From an uncultured Planctomycetota bacterium (GTDB lineage: Bacteria; Planctomycetota; Planctomycetia; Isosphaerales; Isosphaeraceae): 64,000 nucleotides of DNA. The position numbers were made by a program, and so were the translations under genes. The notes under the pieces were generated by a model that did not search any database, was not told where the DNA came from, and saw only the letters and a list, made by a program, of their open reading frames with translations. Numbering within the stretch: position 1 is the stretch's first letter; the number at the start of each line of letters is the position of its first letter. Where the stretch lies: the NCBI GenBank assembly GCA_963823665.1, contig CAWGMQ010000004.1:320001-384000 (forward strand). The letters run 5' to 3'. Below, in pieces: positions 41,375 to 52,871 of this stretch.

Positions 41375-44260
41375 ATGTTCGCCCAGACGATTCGCACGCT
41401 CTTCGAGGTGGGAACGGCCGGAATGCTGACGGACGGCCAGTTACTCGAGCGATTCGCGTCGCGAGCAGGCGAATCCGCCGAGGCCGCGTTCGCAGCGCTC
41501 GTGGCCCGGCATGGCCCGATGGTCTTGTGCGTGTGCCGCGGGGTTCTAGGCGACGCGCACGACGCCGAGGATGCGTTTCAGGCCACATTTCTCGTGCTCG
41601 CCGAAACGCGCCGGCTCGATCCGCGATCCCGATCTGCTGGGCAACTGGCTCTACGGCGTCGCTCGCCGGACTGCCCAGAAGGCGAAAGCCCGCCGGGCGA
41701 GATGGATGGGCCGTACCGAAGGGGACGCGACGATGTCATCGATTGCTGGCGTTCCGATCCTGGCCGAGCTTCGACCGATCCAGGGCGAAGAAAGCGCGGC
41801 CTTGCACGAAGAGGTCGATCGCCTCCCGCACCGGCTCCGAGTCCCCATCGTCCTCTGCTACCTGGAGGGCTTGACCCATGCCGAAGCCGCCCGGCGCCTG
41901 CGGTGGCCGATCGGCACGGTCCGCAGCCGGATGGCCCGGGCGCGCGGCCTCCTCAGGAGCCGGCTCGCGCGCCGCGGCCTGGCGTACGCCGGCTTCGTCA
42001 TCGCGAGCGAATCCTCGCGCGCCGTCGTGGCGGAAGTGCCGCGGGCCCTGGCAGCTCGGACCACGCGGTCCGCGATCGAGGTCGCCGCCGGCGCTGCGAC
42101 GGGGTTCGTCTCGACGCCCGTTGCATCGTTGGTGACCGACGTTCTCAAGGCCATATTCACAAGCCAGCTCAAACGAACCGCGGCCACGCTCGTTGCCGCC
42201 GCTTGCCTTGCCGCTTGTGTGGAGATGATCGCAGCGAGGGCGTTGCAGGCCCAGCCTTCAAACAAGCAAAGCAGTGCCTTGGCAACCCGGGCCGCTGATG
42301 AGCAGCAGACGGAACGTGACCGCCATCAAGAAGCGCCGCCGCCCGCCGGCAAGGCCGAGCCAAAGATGACAGTAACGGGCGCCGTGCTCGACCCGGCCGG
42401 GAAGCCGGTCTCCGGCGCCGCCGTGGCGATTTTCGGCTTCCCGCGCAGGGGCGCTGGGGTGGGGACTATTCGGGCGCTCACCCTGTCCTCGGACAGACCA
42501 AAGCTGATCGCACAGGCCGCTTTCGTATGACCGTGCCGCGCACCTCGTCCGAAGCGTTCTTCGACCTCGACGTGATTGCCGGAGCAACAGGCTTTGGCAT
42601 GGGCTGGCAACCGCTCAACCCAGACGCCGAATCACCGGAGGTCGAAATTCGCCTTCGACCCGAGCAGGCTGTCCACGGGCGGCTCGTCGACTTGCGCGGA
42701 CAGCCCGCGGCCGGGATCGCGGTTTCGGTCGTCCAGCTCGCGACCCAGACCGATGGCGATCGGGACGGCGTTGGCATTCGAGAACCTTCTGAGAATCTCA
42801 CGCCTTGGCCCGCGACGGTCAAGACCGATGAACGAGGCCGCTTTCAGATCCGTGGCGTGGGCCGGGGCCTGGCGCTGGCTGTTCACATCCGCGACGAACG
42901 ATTTGCGCGGCAGGAAATCTCGATCGAGCCGCAGGCCCCCGCCGACACCGAAGGAAAAGTCTACGTGCTGACCGCTGCACACCCGATTGATGGCCGCGTG
43001 ACTTACGCCGATACGGGAGCGCCCGTGCCCCACGCACCCATGGCCGCTCAAGGCGGCCATTACATCAGCGATCAGGCTGACGCCCAGGGCCGGTTCCGGC
43101 TCAACCCATACGCAGACACCGTCTACACATCGATGACAACCGGCGAGGCGCTTTTCACCGTCTACGCCTATGCACCCGACGGCCAGCCCTACCTGGGCGT
43201 GCAAAAGGAGATCACGTGGACCAAGGGCTCGGTGCGCCAGACGGTCGATTTCGCTCTGCCGCGCGGCGTGCTGGTTCGTGGAAAGGTCACGGAAGCAGGC
43301 TCCGGCAAGCCCGTCGAAGGCTGCCAGATTCTCTACCAGCCCCTTCACCGGCCGGAGTTTGAGCCGACGGAAGCCATCCTCACCGGCGAGTGGTCAACGG
43401 TCATCAGTCGCAAGGATGGCACCTATTCGATCCCGGTCCCTGCCGGCCCGGGGCATCTCATCGCCACCAAGGCCTCACCCGAGTACATCTTGTCGGAATA
43501 TGGCTCGCAGACGCTCGATGGTCGCGCAGGCGGCCATCGCAAGTACGCCCAGGCACTCGTGCGGATTGACGCCCCGAAGGGGAACGACCCGGTTGAAGTC
43601 GCGATCGCGCTTCGTCGTGGCGTCACGCTCACGGGCAAGGTCGTCGGTCCCGACGACAAGCCTGTTGCCGAGGGCGCGATCATCACTCGTTTCAACGTAT
43701 CGGCCCAGTCGGTGCGCTGGGGCGGATACCGGATCCCCGTGCGCGATGGCCGATTCGTGTTGCCGGGTCTCGACCCCGAGCGCGTCTATTCGCTGCTTGT
43801 GCATGACGCGAAGCAGCTCTGGGGCGCCGCGATCGAAGTCTCGGCCAGGGCAAACGGAAACGAGCCGATGACGATCCGCCTGGCGCCGAGCGGAAAAATC
43901 AAGATTCGGCTCGTCGATTCAGCCGGCAAGCCGGTCGCCGGCTACCGGGCGGCGCTCCAGTTCGTGTTGACCGCAGGACGATTCCAGTGCGACTTCGACG
44001 GCAACATGCGCGGCGAGGACCTGGCCGCCGACGCCGGCCCCGGCCTGGGCTACACCAGTTACTCGGGTGGTCCACCCACAGACAATGACGGACGGGCCAC
44101 GTTCTCCGGGTTGATCCCGGGCGCGACGTATCGCCTCCTCACCACCGACAGAAACAACATTTCGATTGATTCGAAGGTCTTGAAGGATTTCCAGATCGGG
44201 CCGGGCCAGACGCTCGAGCTGCCGCCTCTCACGATTGAAAGAGACGACCAGGCAAATTGA
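41375..44260 (+). CDS. ECF sigma-70 factor fused to a TM helix and carboxypeptidase-regulatory-like (CnaB-type) repeats; frameshifts ~41600 and ~42450
   Basis: TDGQLLERF, RHGPMV, DAEDAFQATFLVL, WLYGVARR, CYLEGLTHAEAA, GTVRSR; repeated GxVxDxxGKPVxGA domains. Confidence 0.88.
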
Positions 44261-44523
44261 AGAACGGCCCGCCAAGCACGGTTCGTGAACCGCTCAAGGC
44301 ACGAAAACATTCGCCGGCAATCCGTTGGGGGGCATGACGAGCGACTCGGCCTTACCATCTGGGAACCGCTCGGCCGCCTTCGCCGGCGGTGCAGGTCCGC
44401 GGCGAATGCTCGATTGTGTCCGCCTCACCTTTTCACTATCCTCGAATGGGGTGCTCGAGATGTTGTACGCTTGGATCTTTGCGCCCGAGTGAACAATCGC
44501 TGATCGCGTGTGAGGATCAAGCA

Positions 44524-44808
44524 ATGGCCACGGCGGAAACGATTCGCGAGGTGCAACGCAGTCAACCTTTTCGGCCGTTTCGGCTGCGTCTAATCGATGG
44601 CACTGAATACGAAGTCGCGCACCCGGATTGGATTGCGATCCCGCCGGTGCGCTGCGCGAGGGAAGTACTTTTGTTCTTCGCCGGCGATAATGATGATGCC
44701 GAACACGAGAGACGCTGGATCGACGTGGGATTGATCTCGGAAATCATCGTTCCGCCTATGCCGCCGACCGCGCCGCGCCGCGGCTCGGAACCGAACGGAC
44801 CTGACTGA
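44524..44808 (+). CDS. Small conserved hypothetical protein
   Basis: QPFRPFRLRLIDGTEYEVAHPD motif typical of a planctomycete small-protein family; GAGGA RBS. Confidence 0.7.
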   Translation: MATAETIREVQRSQPFRPFRLRLIDGTEYEVAHPDWIAIPPVRCAREVLLFFAGDNDDAEHERRWIDVGLISEIIVPPMPPTAPRRGSEPNGPD

Positions 44809-44858
44809 GTCGCCGCTGCGACGGCCGTTCGTGTTCCTGGGCGCGCGAGGCTGGACTG

Positions 44859-45242
44859 ATGAAAATCACTGGTTGCTTTCCACGGAGCCCGATCCGGAGC
44901 CGGGGCCGCGCACGCGCGTTCTGGGGCGGCTTCGTAGGGTTGGGTGTCGTCGCAGCGCTCTCGTGCTGCTACGGGCTGTTTGTTGAGGACGAGTCCTTGG
45001 TCGGTTCCCTGTGGAACGAGTATCTCGACTTCATCCACGTTGCCGTCACACGATTCGCGCTCACGCTCCGACCAGACCCGACTGCCACATACTTCGTTCT
45101 CGTGCAGTCAGCCGAGGTGGCGCTCATCATTTTCCTGCCCCAGTTGGCAGTCGCCCTGTCCGGCGGGTTGGTCGCCTTTCTGCTCGGCTCGCTCACGCAG
45201 CTCTTTCGCCAGCGCCCGGCTTTCCAGCCGGTCCCGGGGTGA
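44859..45242 (+). CDS. Hypothetical membrane protein
   Basis: AFWGGFVGLG and PQLAVALSGGL hydrophobic segments. Confidence 0.55.
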   Translation: MKITGCFPRSPIRSRGRARAFWGGFVGLGVVAALSCCYGLFVEDESLVGSLWNEYLDFIHVAVTRFALTLRPDPTATYFVLVQSAEVALIIFLPQLAVALSGGLVAFLLGSLTQLFRQRPAFQPVPG

Positions 45243-45550
45243 GATGCTGAACATCCGACAATCCAAGCTCGAACAACTGGGCATTTTAGGAAGACTAGCG
45301 AGCGTCGCCACCGGATAACAGGGTTTACATCTTCTTGAAACTCGCCCCATCCGCTACAGAACTCAAGGTCGCTCGTACCAAAATCCGATGAGATTCAAGA
45401 GATAGCGGCCCAAGCCGCATCGCGAGAATTTGTGAAATAGCGTAGGATCCCGCGGCACTTCGACAGGTGGCCGCGGCGAATGGTTGGACGCCACAAAGCA
45501 TGCCCGGCCGGATGGAGCGAGATCATCCCAGGATGGGGAGATCGGGACCG

Positions 45551-48500
45551 ATGGCGCACCGCAGGGGGGCGATCTGGACCGAGCGATTGCTCCTCGGGCT
45601 GATCCTTGTCAGCCTCGTCGGGACGCTCAATCTCCTCCTGGCGATCCATCGCCGGGCGGCGGCGGAGCGCCGCGAGGCGGTTCCGGAGAAACCGGCGGTC
45701 GCGAAGACCGCCGATCCAGGCCCGGCGCCCGAGCCCAGCGCGCCGGTCGAGAGCCCGGCCGTCACCGAGCAGCCCGCCCCCCCGCCAGCACCCCCCGAAG
45801 AAGACCCCACGCAAAAAGCGATCGCCGCGCTGGCGACTGCGAAGGCAAAGAGAGCTCGCGGCCGCCCAGGCCGCCGACGGGCGCGCCAGTGCGATGGAAG
45901 GCGCGTACCGGTCGGCCGTCGCCGAATCCGATCGCTGGAAGCGGCGGGAGATGCTCGTTCGCCAGCAGATCGCCGGCATCAACTCCCAGGCTGAGAAACT
46001 GGAGCGCGACGCCGACGCGCTCGACGCCGAACGGGATGTTCTGGAACACGAGCGCGACTCCACCAAGGCCGCCCTCGCCAAGGCAAGCAAGCGGTCCGGC
46101 TTCTCTGTGCTTCCCTACAAGGGCCCGAACGGCACCTGGCGCAGGCCGATCGTGATCGAATGCACGCGCGGCGGCGCGAATCTCCAGCCACACGGGCCGA
46201 CATTCACCGCGCTCGAGCTTTCGCCGCGCATCAATCCCAAATCGAGCACGTTCATCCGGGCCATCGCCCGCGAGCTCTTCACATCCACTCCGCCGATACG
46301 CCCGACGGCACTCCGGCAGTTCCCTATATCGTTTTCCTGGTCCGCCCCGACGGCATCGCACCGTACTACCTTGCCCGTACGTGCCTCGAGCCTCTCGGAA
46401 TCGCGTTCGGCTACGAGCTCGTCGAACAGAACCTCGCAGTCAACATACCTGACTTCGACGATCTGACGACCTGGGATGGAACCGTTCCGCTTGATCTTCC
46501 GCTCGAGGCGGCGCCGGCGAGCGCACCAATCTCCCGGCGCCTGGCACAAGCGAATCAGGCAAATGATCAGAGTCGAACGGCTCTGGCCGGCTTGCCGCCC
46601 GGAGACCAGGGCTCGATGATCGGAGCGATCGACGAAAACGGAGCAGGGGGAGGACGCGGCCGAGGAGGGCAGGGGCTCGCATCCTCCGGCAGCTCGCAGC
46701 CGCAGGACTTCGTCTGGCCCGGCCGCGGGCCACGGGCCGGCCCGGCCGGCGGACGTTCTGCCGGTGCCCCCGGCGCCGGTGAACCGGGAAGCCAGCTCGG
46801 CCAAGGTGATTCCGCCCATCCGTCATCAGATCGAGGTGCCGGCGGGAACGAACCGGACAGACGCGCAGGTGCTCTCGAACCCCTCCCTGGTCAGGGCCTC
46901 GCAAACGCCGACCAGGGCGCACTCGGCGGCCGCGCAGGAAAGAACGACACGACGAAAGCCGGCGGCATTGATGCGGGCGGCTCGGGCGGCCTTGCCATCG
47001 CGTCGAGCGGCGGCCGAGGATCTGGCGATCAGCAGGATGGCGGCGGCTCATTCACCGTCGGTTCGGGCACGGGCCGAGGATTCGGCGATCAAACCGGCAG
47101 CTCGGGCACAGGCATCTCCGCGGGCGCGGTCAATGGGGAGGACGTCGGAACAGGCGCAGTGCGAACCCCGCTGATCAACCATTTCCCGTGAGCGGCGGCA
47201 TGGGCGGGCTCGGCACTGGTGAAAGCGGCCTCAGCACTGCCGGAAGCGGGCCCGGCACTGGCGGAAACGGGCTTGCGCCTGGACACGCCTTTGCCTCTGG
47301 TGGAAGCGAACCCGGCGGTGGATCTGGAGGCGCCGATGGAATGCCTCAGGTGCCGGCATTCGAGCCTGCCGGTGATCGGGCGGGACAATCAGCATCCGTG
47401 GGCGGGCCGGGACTGCTTTCGCGCCGAGGATCGAACGGCAGCACATCCGCCGGCGCTCAAGCACCGGCCTTCGGTCTAGGTCAGTCGATCAAGGGCTCCT
47501 CTGCGCCAGAGGGCGACAATGCTGCAAGTGGAACCGCTGGAATCCTCCCGCAGTCCGGCGGAGCCATGTCCAGCGGCGTGGGTGCCTCCGGACTGATCGC
47601 ACGAGGCTCGGGCGCGGGCCAGGGCAATGCCGGCACCGCGGGCACGGGCGATCCGGGTTCCGATGGTGGGTCAGGCTTGCAATCGAACGGCGGTGCCGCC
47701 GAGTCGGCCGATGCGCCAAACTCGAAATCGACCGGCAACGGCGGGGGAGCCATGGGCACCGGCACGGGTCAAGGCCCGGGCCGCGGCTTCGACTGGAAGG
47801 ATGCCGTACAGGACGGCCCGCCACCGGCTGGGTCGGAAACACCTCAGTCCGATCAGGCGCTTGGCCAGGATCTGTCGGGGACAGACACCGGCCCTCAAAC
47901 AACTGCGGCTGCCGCCCGCGCAAATGTTGCGGCCGGCGGGGCGCTCAATCGATCGAGCGTGCCGGCAAACGCACAACTCGATCCGGCACTGAGCGCGTAC
48001 CAGGCAGGCCAGTACTCGCAGGACGACATTGAACGAGCCAAGAGTTTGGCCGGCCAATTTTCGCAGGACGACATCGAACGAGCCAAGAGCTTGGCCGGCC
48101 AGTACTCGCAGGACGACATCGAACGAGCCAAGAGCTTGAGCGGCCTGAGCTCGTTCGTGAGCCCCGGCCTGGCCCAGAAGCTCGCCGGCGCGGCTTCGGC
48201 ATTCGGTTCCCCGTCGGGGCTGCCCTCGAGCTCGTCACCGAACGATTCGCCCCCCGATCTCCAGTCAGGGGGAATGCCTTCAAGCACATCTTCAAGCAAT
48301 AACAGCTCGAACAATCAGTCCGGCGGAATGCCGCTGGGGGGCAATACGCAATCCAGCATGTCGTCCTCCCCGTCGTCGATCAACTCGTTCGGCGTGAATA
48401 CGAGCCCGAGCTCGAACTCCGACGATGCAAACGCAATGATCATGCCGCCCCGGAAAAAGGAGACCATGCCGACCGGAGCGATCGAGGCGAAATTCGAGAT

Positions 48501-48816
48501 CGTGGTGGTATGCCGGAAGGACGACCTCGTGCTTCAGCCGGGAGCTTATCGCGTCACCGGCGACGTGCTCCGAAGCGCCGGTCAGGGCTCGGACTACATT
48601 CTCGCCCGTGAGATTCGCGCCATGGTTCGAAACCGGGCGATGGTCGACCCGCTCATCCACCAGAAGCCGGCGCTGCGGTTCCTCGTCGAGCAGCAGGGCG
48701 CCGAGACATTTGCGCTGGCTCGGCGGCAGCTTCTCTTCTCGCTGCCAGACTGGCCGGTTGCGCTCCAGGTTGCAGGATCGCAGGACGCGGGTATCTTCAG
48801 CAGGAATCCGTGGTGA
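45551..48816 (+). CDS. Membrane-anchored coiled-coil protein with two related alpha/beta domains separated by a long Gly/Ser linker; frameshifts ~45850, ~46280, ~47175
   Basis: TM, Pro-rich stretch, coiled coil, PYKGPNGTWRRPIVIEC...FLVRPDG...GYE; second domain EIVVVC...LRFLVEQQG. Confidence 0.65.
48007..48141 (+). repeat. Tandem 45-bp repeat x3 encoding GQ(Y/F)SQDDIERAKSL(A/S)
   Basis: Three near-identical head-to-tail copies. Confidence 0.92.
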
Positions 48817-49980
48817 TGAAACCAGAGCGACGAGATTCCGGTGGCGTGCGTTCCGGGCCCGGCGATCGACTGCCGGTCGAGCGCGAGCCAGCGCGCCATT
48901 CCCGGCGGCGAGCGCACGACCAGGAGCCGTCCCCGCGGGGCGCTCGATAGCGCAAGTTGCGAGTGTTCTGGCCTGCGTGGCGGTGATTACCCTTTACGTG
49001 CAACTTGGCGCCCGCCGCAAAGCGAAACCACACGCACCCGTTGCCCCGGCGGCCGCTTCCGTTGTCACGTCGCCGCAACAAGAGAAGAGCGAGGCCGTGC
49101 CGAGCCCGGCCGCCGTGGCGGTTGTTGAGCCGCCTCCCGCGCCCAAGGAAATCGACCGTGCTGCCGTGGCGCAGGCCGAAGCCGAGCTCGACGCGGCCAG
49201 CCGCGACCGTGCGCGGGCGGACGAGCGCACTGCGGCGTCAGCCAGGCGTCTTAGCCAGGCGACCACCCAGGCCGCCCTCGACGCAGCGCGGCGCGCAAGC
49301 TGGCATTCCTGGTGCGCGACCCGTCGACGCGAATCACCCAGGCTTCGACCCGAGGCGGCTTTCTGCGGGGCGAGCGCGACAAGGTCCAGAAGGAGATCTC
49401 AAGCCTCCGGCAGCTCCCGAGGCCCAAGTCGGTCTCGATCCTGAGCAAGGCGCCGGTCGCCAGGCCCGCCTCGGGCAACGAGTATCATTTCGAGCTGCGC
49501 CGGAATCGCATCACATTCATCGATCTGAACCGGCTGATGGAATTGACCCGCGCCGACGCCCAGATCCGCGTCCGCATGTCGGACCGCTCGCCGGCCGTCA
49601 GCAACAAGGTCGGCCCGGTCGGGGCGTTCTCGCTCGAATATGAGCTGGTCCGCGCCGTGCCCGGAAGCATGGAAGAGCTGATCGAGCGCAAGAACATCCG
49701 CTACGAGCTCAGCGGCTGGGAGCTCGTTCCCGAATCGGCTACCCGCGGTGAAACGTACGAGTCGACCCGTAACCCCCTCTCGGAGTTCTCCCGCACGATC
49801 AGCCTGTTGAGCCCCGAGCGATCAACGATCACGTTGTGGGTCTACCCCGATAGCTTCACGCTCTTCCGCCAGATCCGGAACGACCTCACGGAGCACGGCT
49901 TCACCATCGCCGCCCGACCCCTGCCGGAAGCCATGACAATTCGCGGCAGCCCAATGGGAACGCAGTCGGCGGCGCAGTGA
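48816..49980 (+). CDS. Membrane-anchored coiled-coil hypothetical protein (planctomycete family); frameshifts ~48935 and ~49295
   Basis: TGATG coupling with the upstream gene; TM, Pro-rich, coiled coil; [11 protein letters not shown]...[10 protein letters not shown]...GSPMG. Confidence 0.7.
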
Positions 49981-49992
49981 TCCCCTCCCTGC

Positions 49993-51271
49993 TCACTCCG
50001 TCCGAAGCGCCTCGACCGGGTCGAGCATCGCAGCTCGGCGCGGGATACACCCCGAAGACGATGCCGATCGTCACGGCGATCAGGAAGGCGATGATCGGCG
50101 ACCACGGGCGAATCACCACCGGCATGCCCGATAGGTACGACACCAGGGGCGGGGCGCCGACGCCCAGGAGAACACCGATCAGACCGCCGGAAGACGACAT
50201 CACGGTCGTCTCGATCAGGAACTGCTCGATGATGTCGCGGCGGCGAGCGCCCAGGGCCCGGCGGATGCCGATCTCGCGGGTGCGCTCCGAAACCGTCGCC
50301 AGCATGATATTCATGATGCCGATGCCGCCGACCAGGAGCGAGATGCTCGCGATCGAGCCCAGCACGAGGTTGAAAATCCGCTGCGTCGCCGCGGCCTTTT
50401 CCAGCAGCTCGAGCGGCACCGTGATCACGTAGTCCTTCTTGGTGTGGAACTGGCCCAGCAGGCTCTCGAGTGCCGTCGCTGTCTTCTTCACGTCGTCCAT
50501 CGAATCCACGGTCACCGTCACTTGCGAGAGCTCGATCTTCTCGGCCGTGAAGCTACCCTGCTTCTCGCTCTCGATCACGTCGCCGAATCGCGCCCTGTTG
50601 GTCGTCAGTGGAATGTAGATGTCGCGGTTGAAATCCTGAGCGGCCAGGCTGCTGCCGGTTCCGGACGACGGGGCCTTGAACGAAGTCACGCCGACAACGC
50701 GAAAGTAATGATCCTCACCGACTCGCACCGTCTTGCCCACCGGGTCGCCATAGGCGAAAAGCTTCTCGGCTGCCTGCGAACCGAGAACGGCCACATTCGC
50801 CCGGGTGAACAAATCCGCGTCCGTCAGAAACCGCCCGTCTTCGGTGTGCTGGCCCGTCATCTTCAAGAAATCGGCGTCGACCCCGACGATTCTTCCCTCG
50901 ATCTCCCGATCGAGACGCCGCACCTTCTGGACGAATTCCCGCACGGGAGTGACGTTCACGACCGAGGGGATCGTCATGATGCGCCGGTAGTCGGCGTAAG
51001 TGACGCCGAAGGAGAGAATAAACCCTTGATTGTTCTGCTGCTTGGTCGGGTTCTCGTCGTTGGGCGGCTTGTTGCTCCGGACGATGATGTTGGTCGCGCC
51101 GAGCGAGGCAATCTGCCGCTGGGCCTCGAGGCTCGCTCCTTCGGCGATCGCCAGCATGGCGATCACGGACCCCACGCCGAAGATCAATCCCAGAATGGTC
51201 AGCAGCACGCGCAGCTTGTGCAGCGAGAGGTTGCGGACAGCCAGCAGCACGGTGGTATAGAAACGATGCAT
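49993..51271 (-). CDS. ABC transporter permease, MacB/FtsX family; frameshift near C-terminus
   Basis: [49 protein letters not shown]; true end [15 protein letters not shown]. Confidence 0.93.
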
Positions 51272-51316
51272 GACACCAGATCCCGATTGTAGCAATCGCG
51301 CTTCGAGTGAGCAGGC

Positions 51317-52849
51317 TCATTTTGCCGCGGGGCTGGTCGCGGAACCCGAGGTTTGCGTCCCTGGCAGCTTGGCGTCGATGCCCTCCTTCTGATCGTCGAG
51401 CTTGAACTCGGCGACGGCCCGCAGCCGGGCGTCGAGCGCCACGCGATCGCCCTCAGCGAGCCCCTCGAGAACTTGGACGTGCGTCTCGTTGTTGTCGCCG
51501 ATCTTCACTTTCTGAAGTTTGATCTGGCTGCCTCTGGCGACGAACGCGAAGAACTCGCCCTTGTGCTCGGCGACCGCCTGCACCGGCACCACCAGCACGT
51601 TTTCAAGCACACCGACCAGGACCTTGGCCTCGGCGGTCATCCCCGGCTTGACTTCCTGTGACTTGAGGTCGTTGAGCTTGACGACCGTCGGGTACTGCTT
51701 GACGCCGCCGTTCATCCAGGGGCGGGTCGAGTCGGCGAGCTGAGACACATTCGTGACCGTGCCTTCGAAGACGACGCCCGGGAATGATTCGATGCGGATC
51801 TCGCACTTCTGCCCGACCTTGATCTTCTTGATCAGCGATTCGTGAATGTTGAGCTTCACCTGCATCTTGGTCATGTCGGGAAGAGTGAAGACTCGCTGAA
51901 GCGAATAGACGGTCGCCCCTTCGCGGATCTGGCGGCTCGAGTCGTACCAGGCGTCGTTGGCATAGGCGACGACGCCGTCCTGGCCGGCGCGGATGACTGT
52001 CTTGTCTTTCTGTTTGATGAACTCCTTCATCTGCTGCTGCTCGATATCCGCGGTGGCCTTGGCCGATTCATTTTCGCTCGTAGCCTTGGACATCTGCGCC
52101 TTCAAGGTGGCCACGGCCTGCTCGATCTTTTTCGAGGCCTGGTCGGCCTTCGAGCTGTACTCGGTGGTCTTCTTCTTGTAGTCGTATTTCTGCTTCACCT
52201 CCAGCTCGAGCTTGGCACTTTCATACGAGAGCTCGGTCTGCGCAACAGCCGATTCTTGAATGGTCACCATCTCCTGGGCCTTCAGGCCCTTCTTGAAGAG
52301 CTGCTTGTATTGATCGAGCTTGTTCTTGGCCTCCCGGAGATCCTTCTCCTTGAGCCGGATCTCCCCCTTCTGCTTGGTCGTTTCGGCCTTGTAGTCGCCT
52401 TCCACGTACTTTTCCAGGTCGAGCTTCGCCAGCGTCATCTCGACCTTGGCGGCGATGATGTCGCTTTCTCCCTTGTTGCGCTGGATCTCCAGTTCCTGCT
52501 GGGAGGTTTCGATCTTGGCGATGGCCTGCTTGGCCTTGATGTCCTGCAGGGAGAGGTTCTTGTCGATTTCGGAGGAATCAAACTTGCAGACGACGTCGCC
52601 CTTCTTCACCTTGGTGCCCTCGGGAACCAGACTGATGATCTTGATCTGCTGGGCGTTGACCTCGCATATGCCGTCGACGGTCACGCAGCTCTCGAGGTTG
52701 CCGCGCTCGGTGACGGTGATCGTCAGCGTGGCCTTTCGCACTTCGGAGAAGAGCGGCTCGCTCTCACTCGAAGAGCTCTTCCACGGGATCATGGAGCCCA
52801 GGTAGGCCATGACGCCAAGCAGCGCCACGCCGCAGATCAAACCGAGCAT
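51317..52849 (-). CDS. MacA/HlyD-like efflux periplasmic adaptor (start uncertain)
   Basis: VPEGTKVKKGDVV, long coiled coil, IRAGQDGVV, KPGMTA. Confidence 0.9.
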   Translation of the reverse strand: MLGLICGVALLGVMAYLGSMIPWKSSSSESEPLFSEVRKATLTITVTERGNLESCVTVDGICEVNAQQIKIISLVPEGTKVKKGDVVCKFDSSEIDKNLSLQDIKAKQAIAKIETSQQELEIQRNKGESDIIAAKVEMTLAKLDLEKYVEGDYKAETTKQKGEIRLKEKDLREAKNKLDQYKQLFKKGLKAQEMVTIQESAVAQTELSYESAKLELEVKQKYDYKKKTTEYSSKADQASKKIEQAVATLKAQMSKATSENESAKATADIEQQQMKEFIKQKDKTVIRAGQDGVVAYANDAWYDSSRQIREGATVYSLQRVFTLPDMTKMQVKLNIHESLIKKIKVGQKCEIRIESFPGVVFEGTVTNVSQLADSTRPWMNGGVKQYPTVVKLNDLKSQEVKPGMTAEAKVLVGVLENVLVVPVQAVAEHKGEFFAFVARGSQIKLQKVKIGDNNETHVQVLEGLAEGDRVALDARLRAVAEFKLDDQKEGIDAKLPGTQTSGSATSPAAK

Positions 52850-52871
52850 CCGCTTGGCCAGCCCGGATGGT

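Noticed and set aside
48007..48141. Possible CRISPR array
   Set aside because: Head-to-tail 45-bp coding repeat with no spacers.
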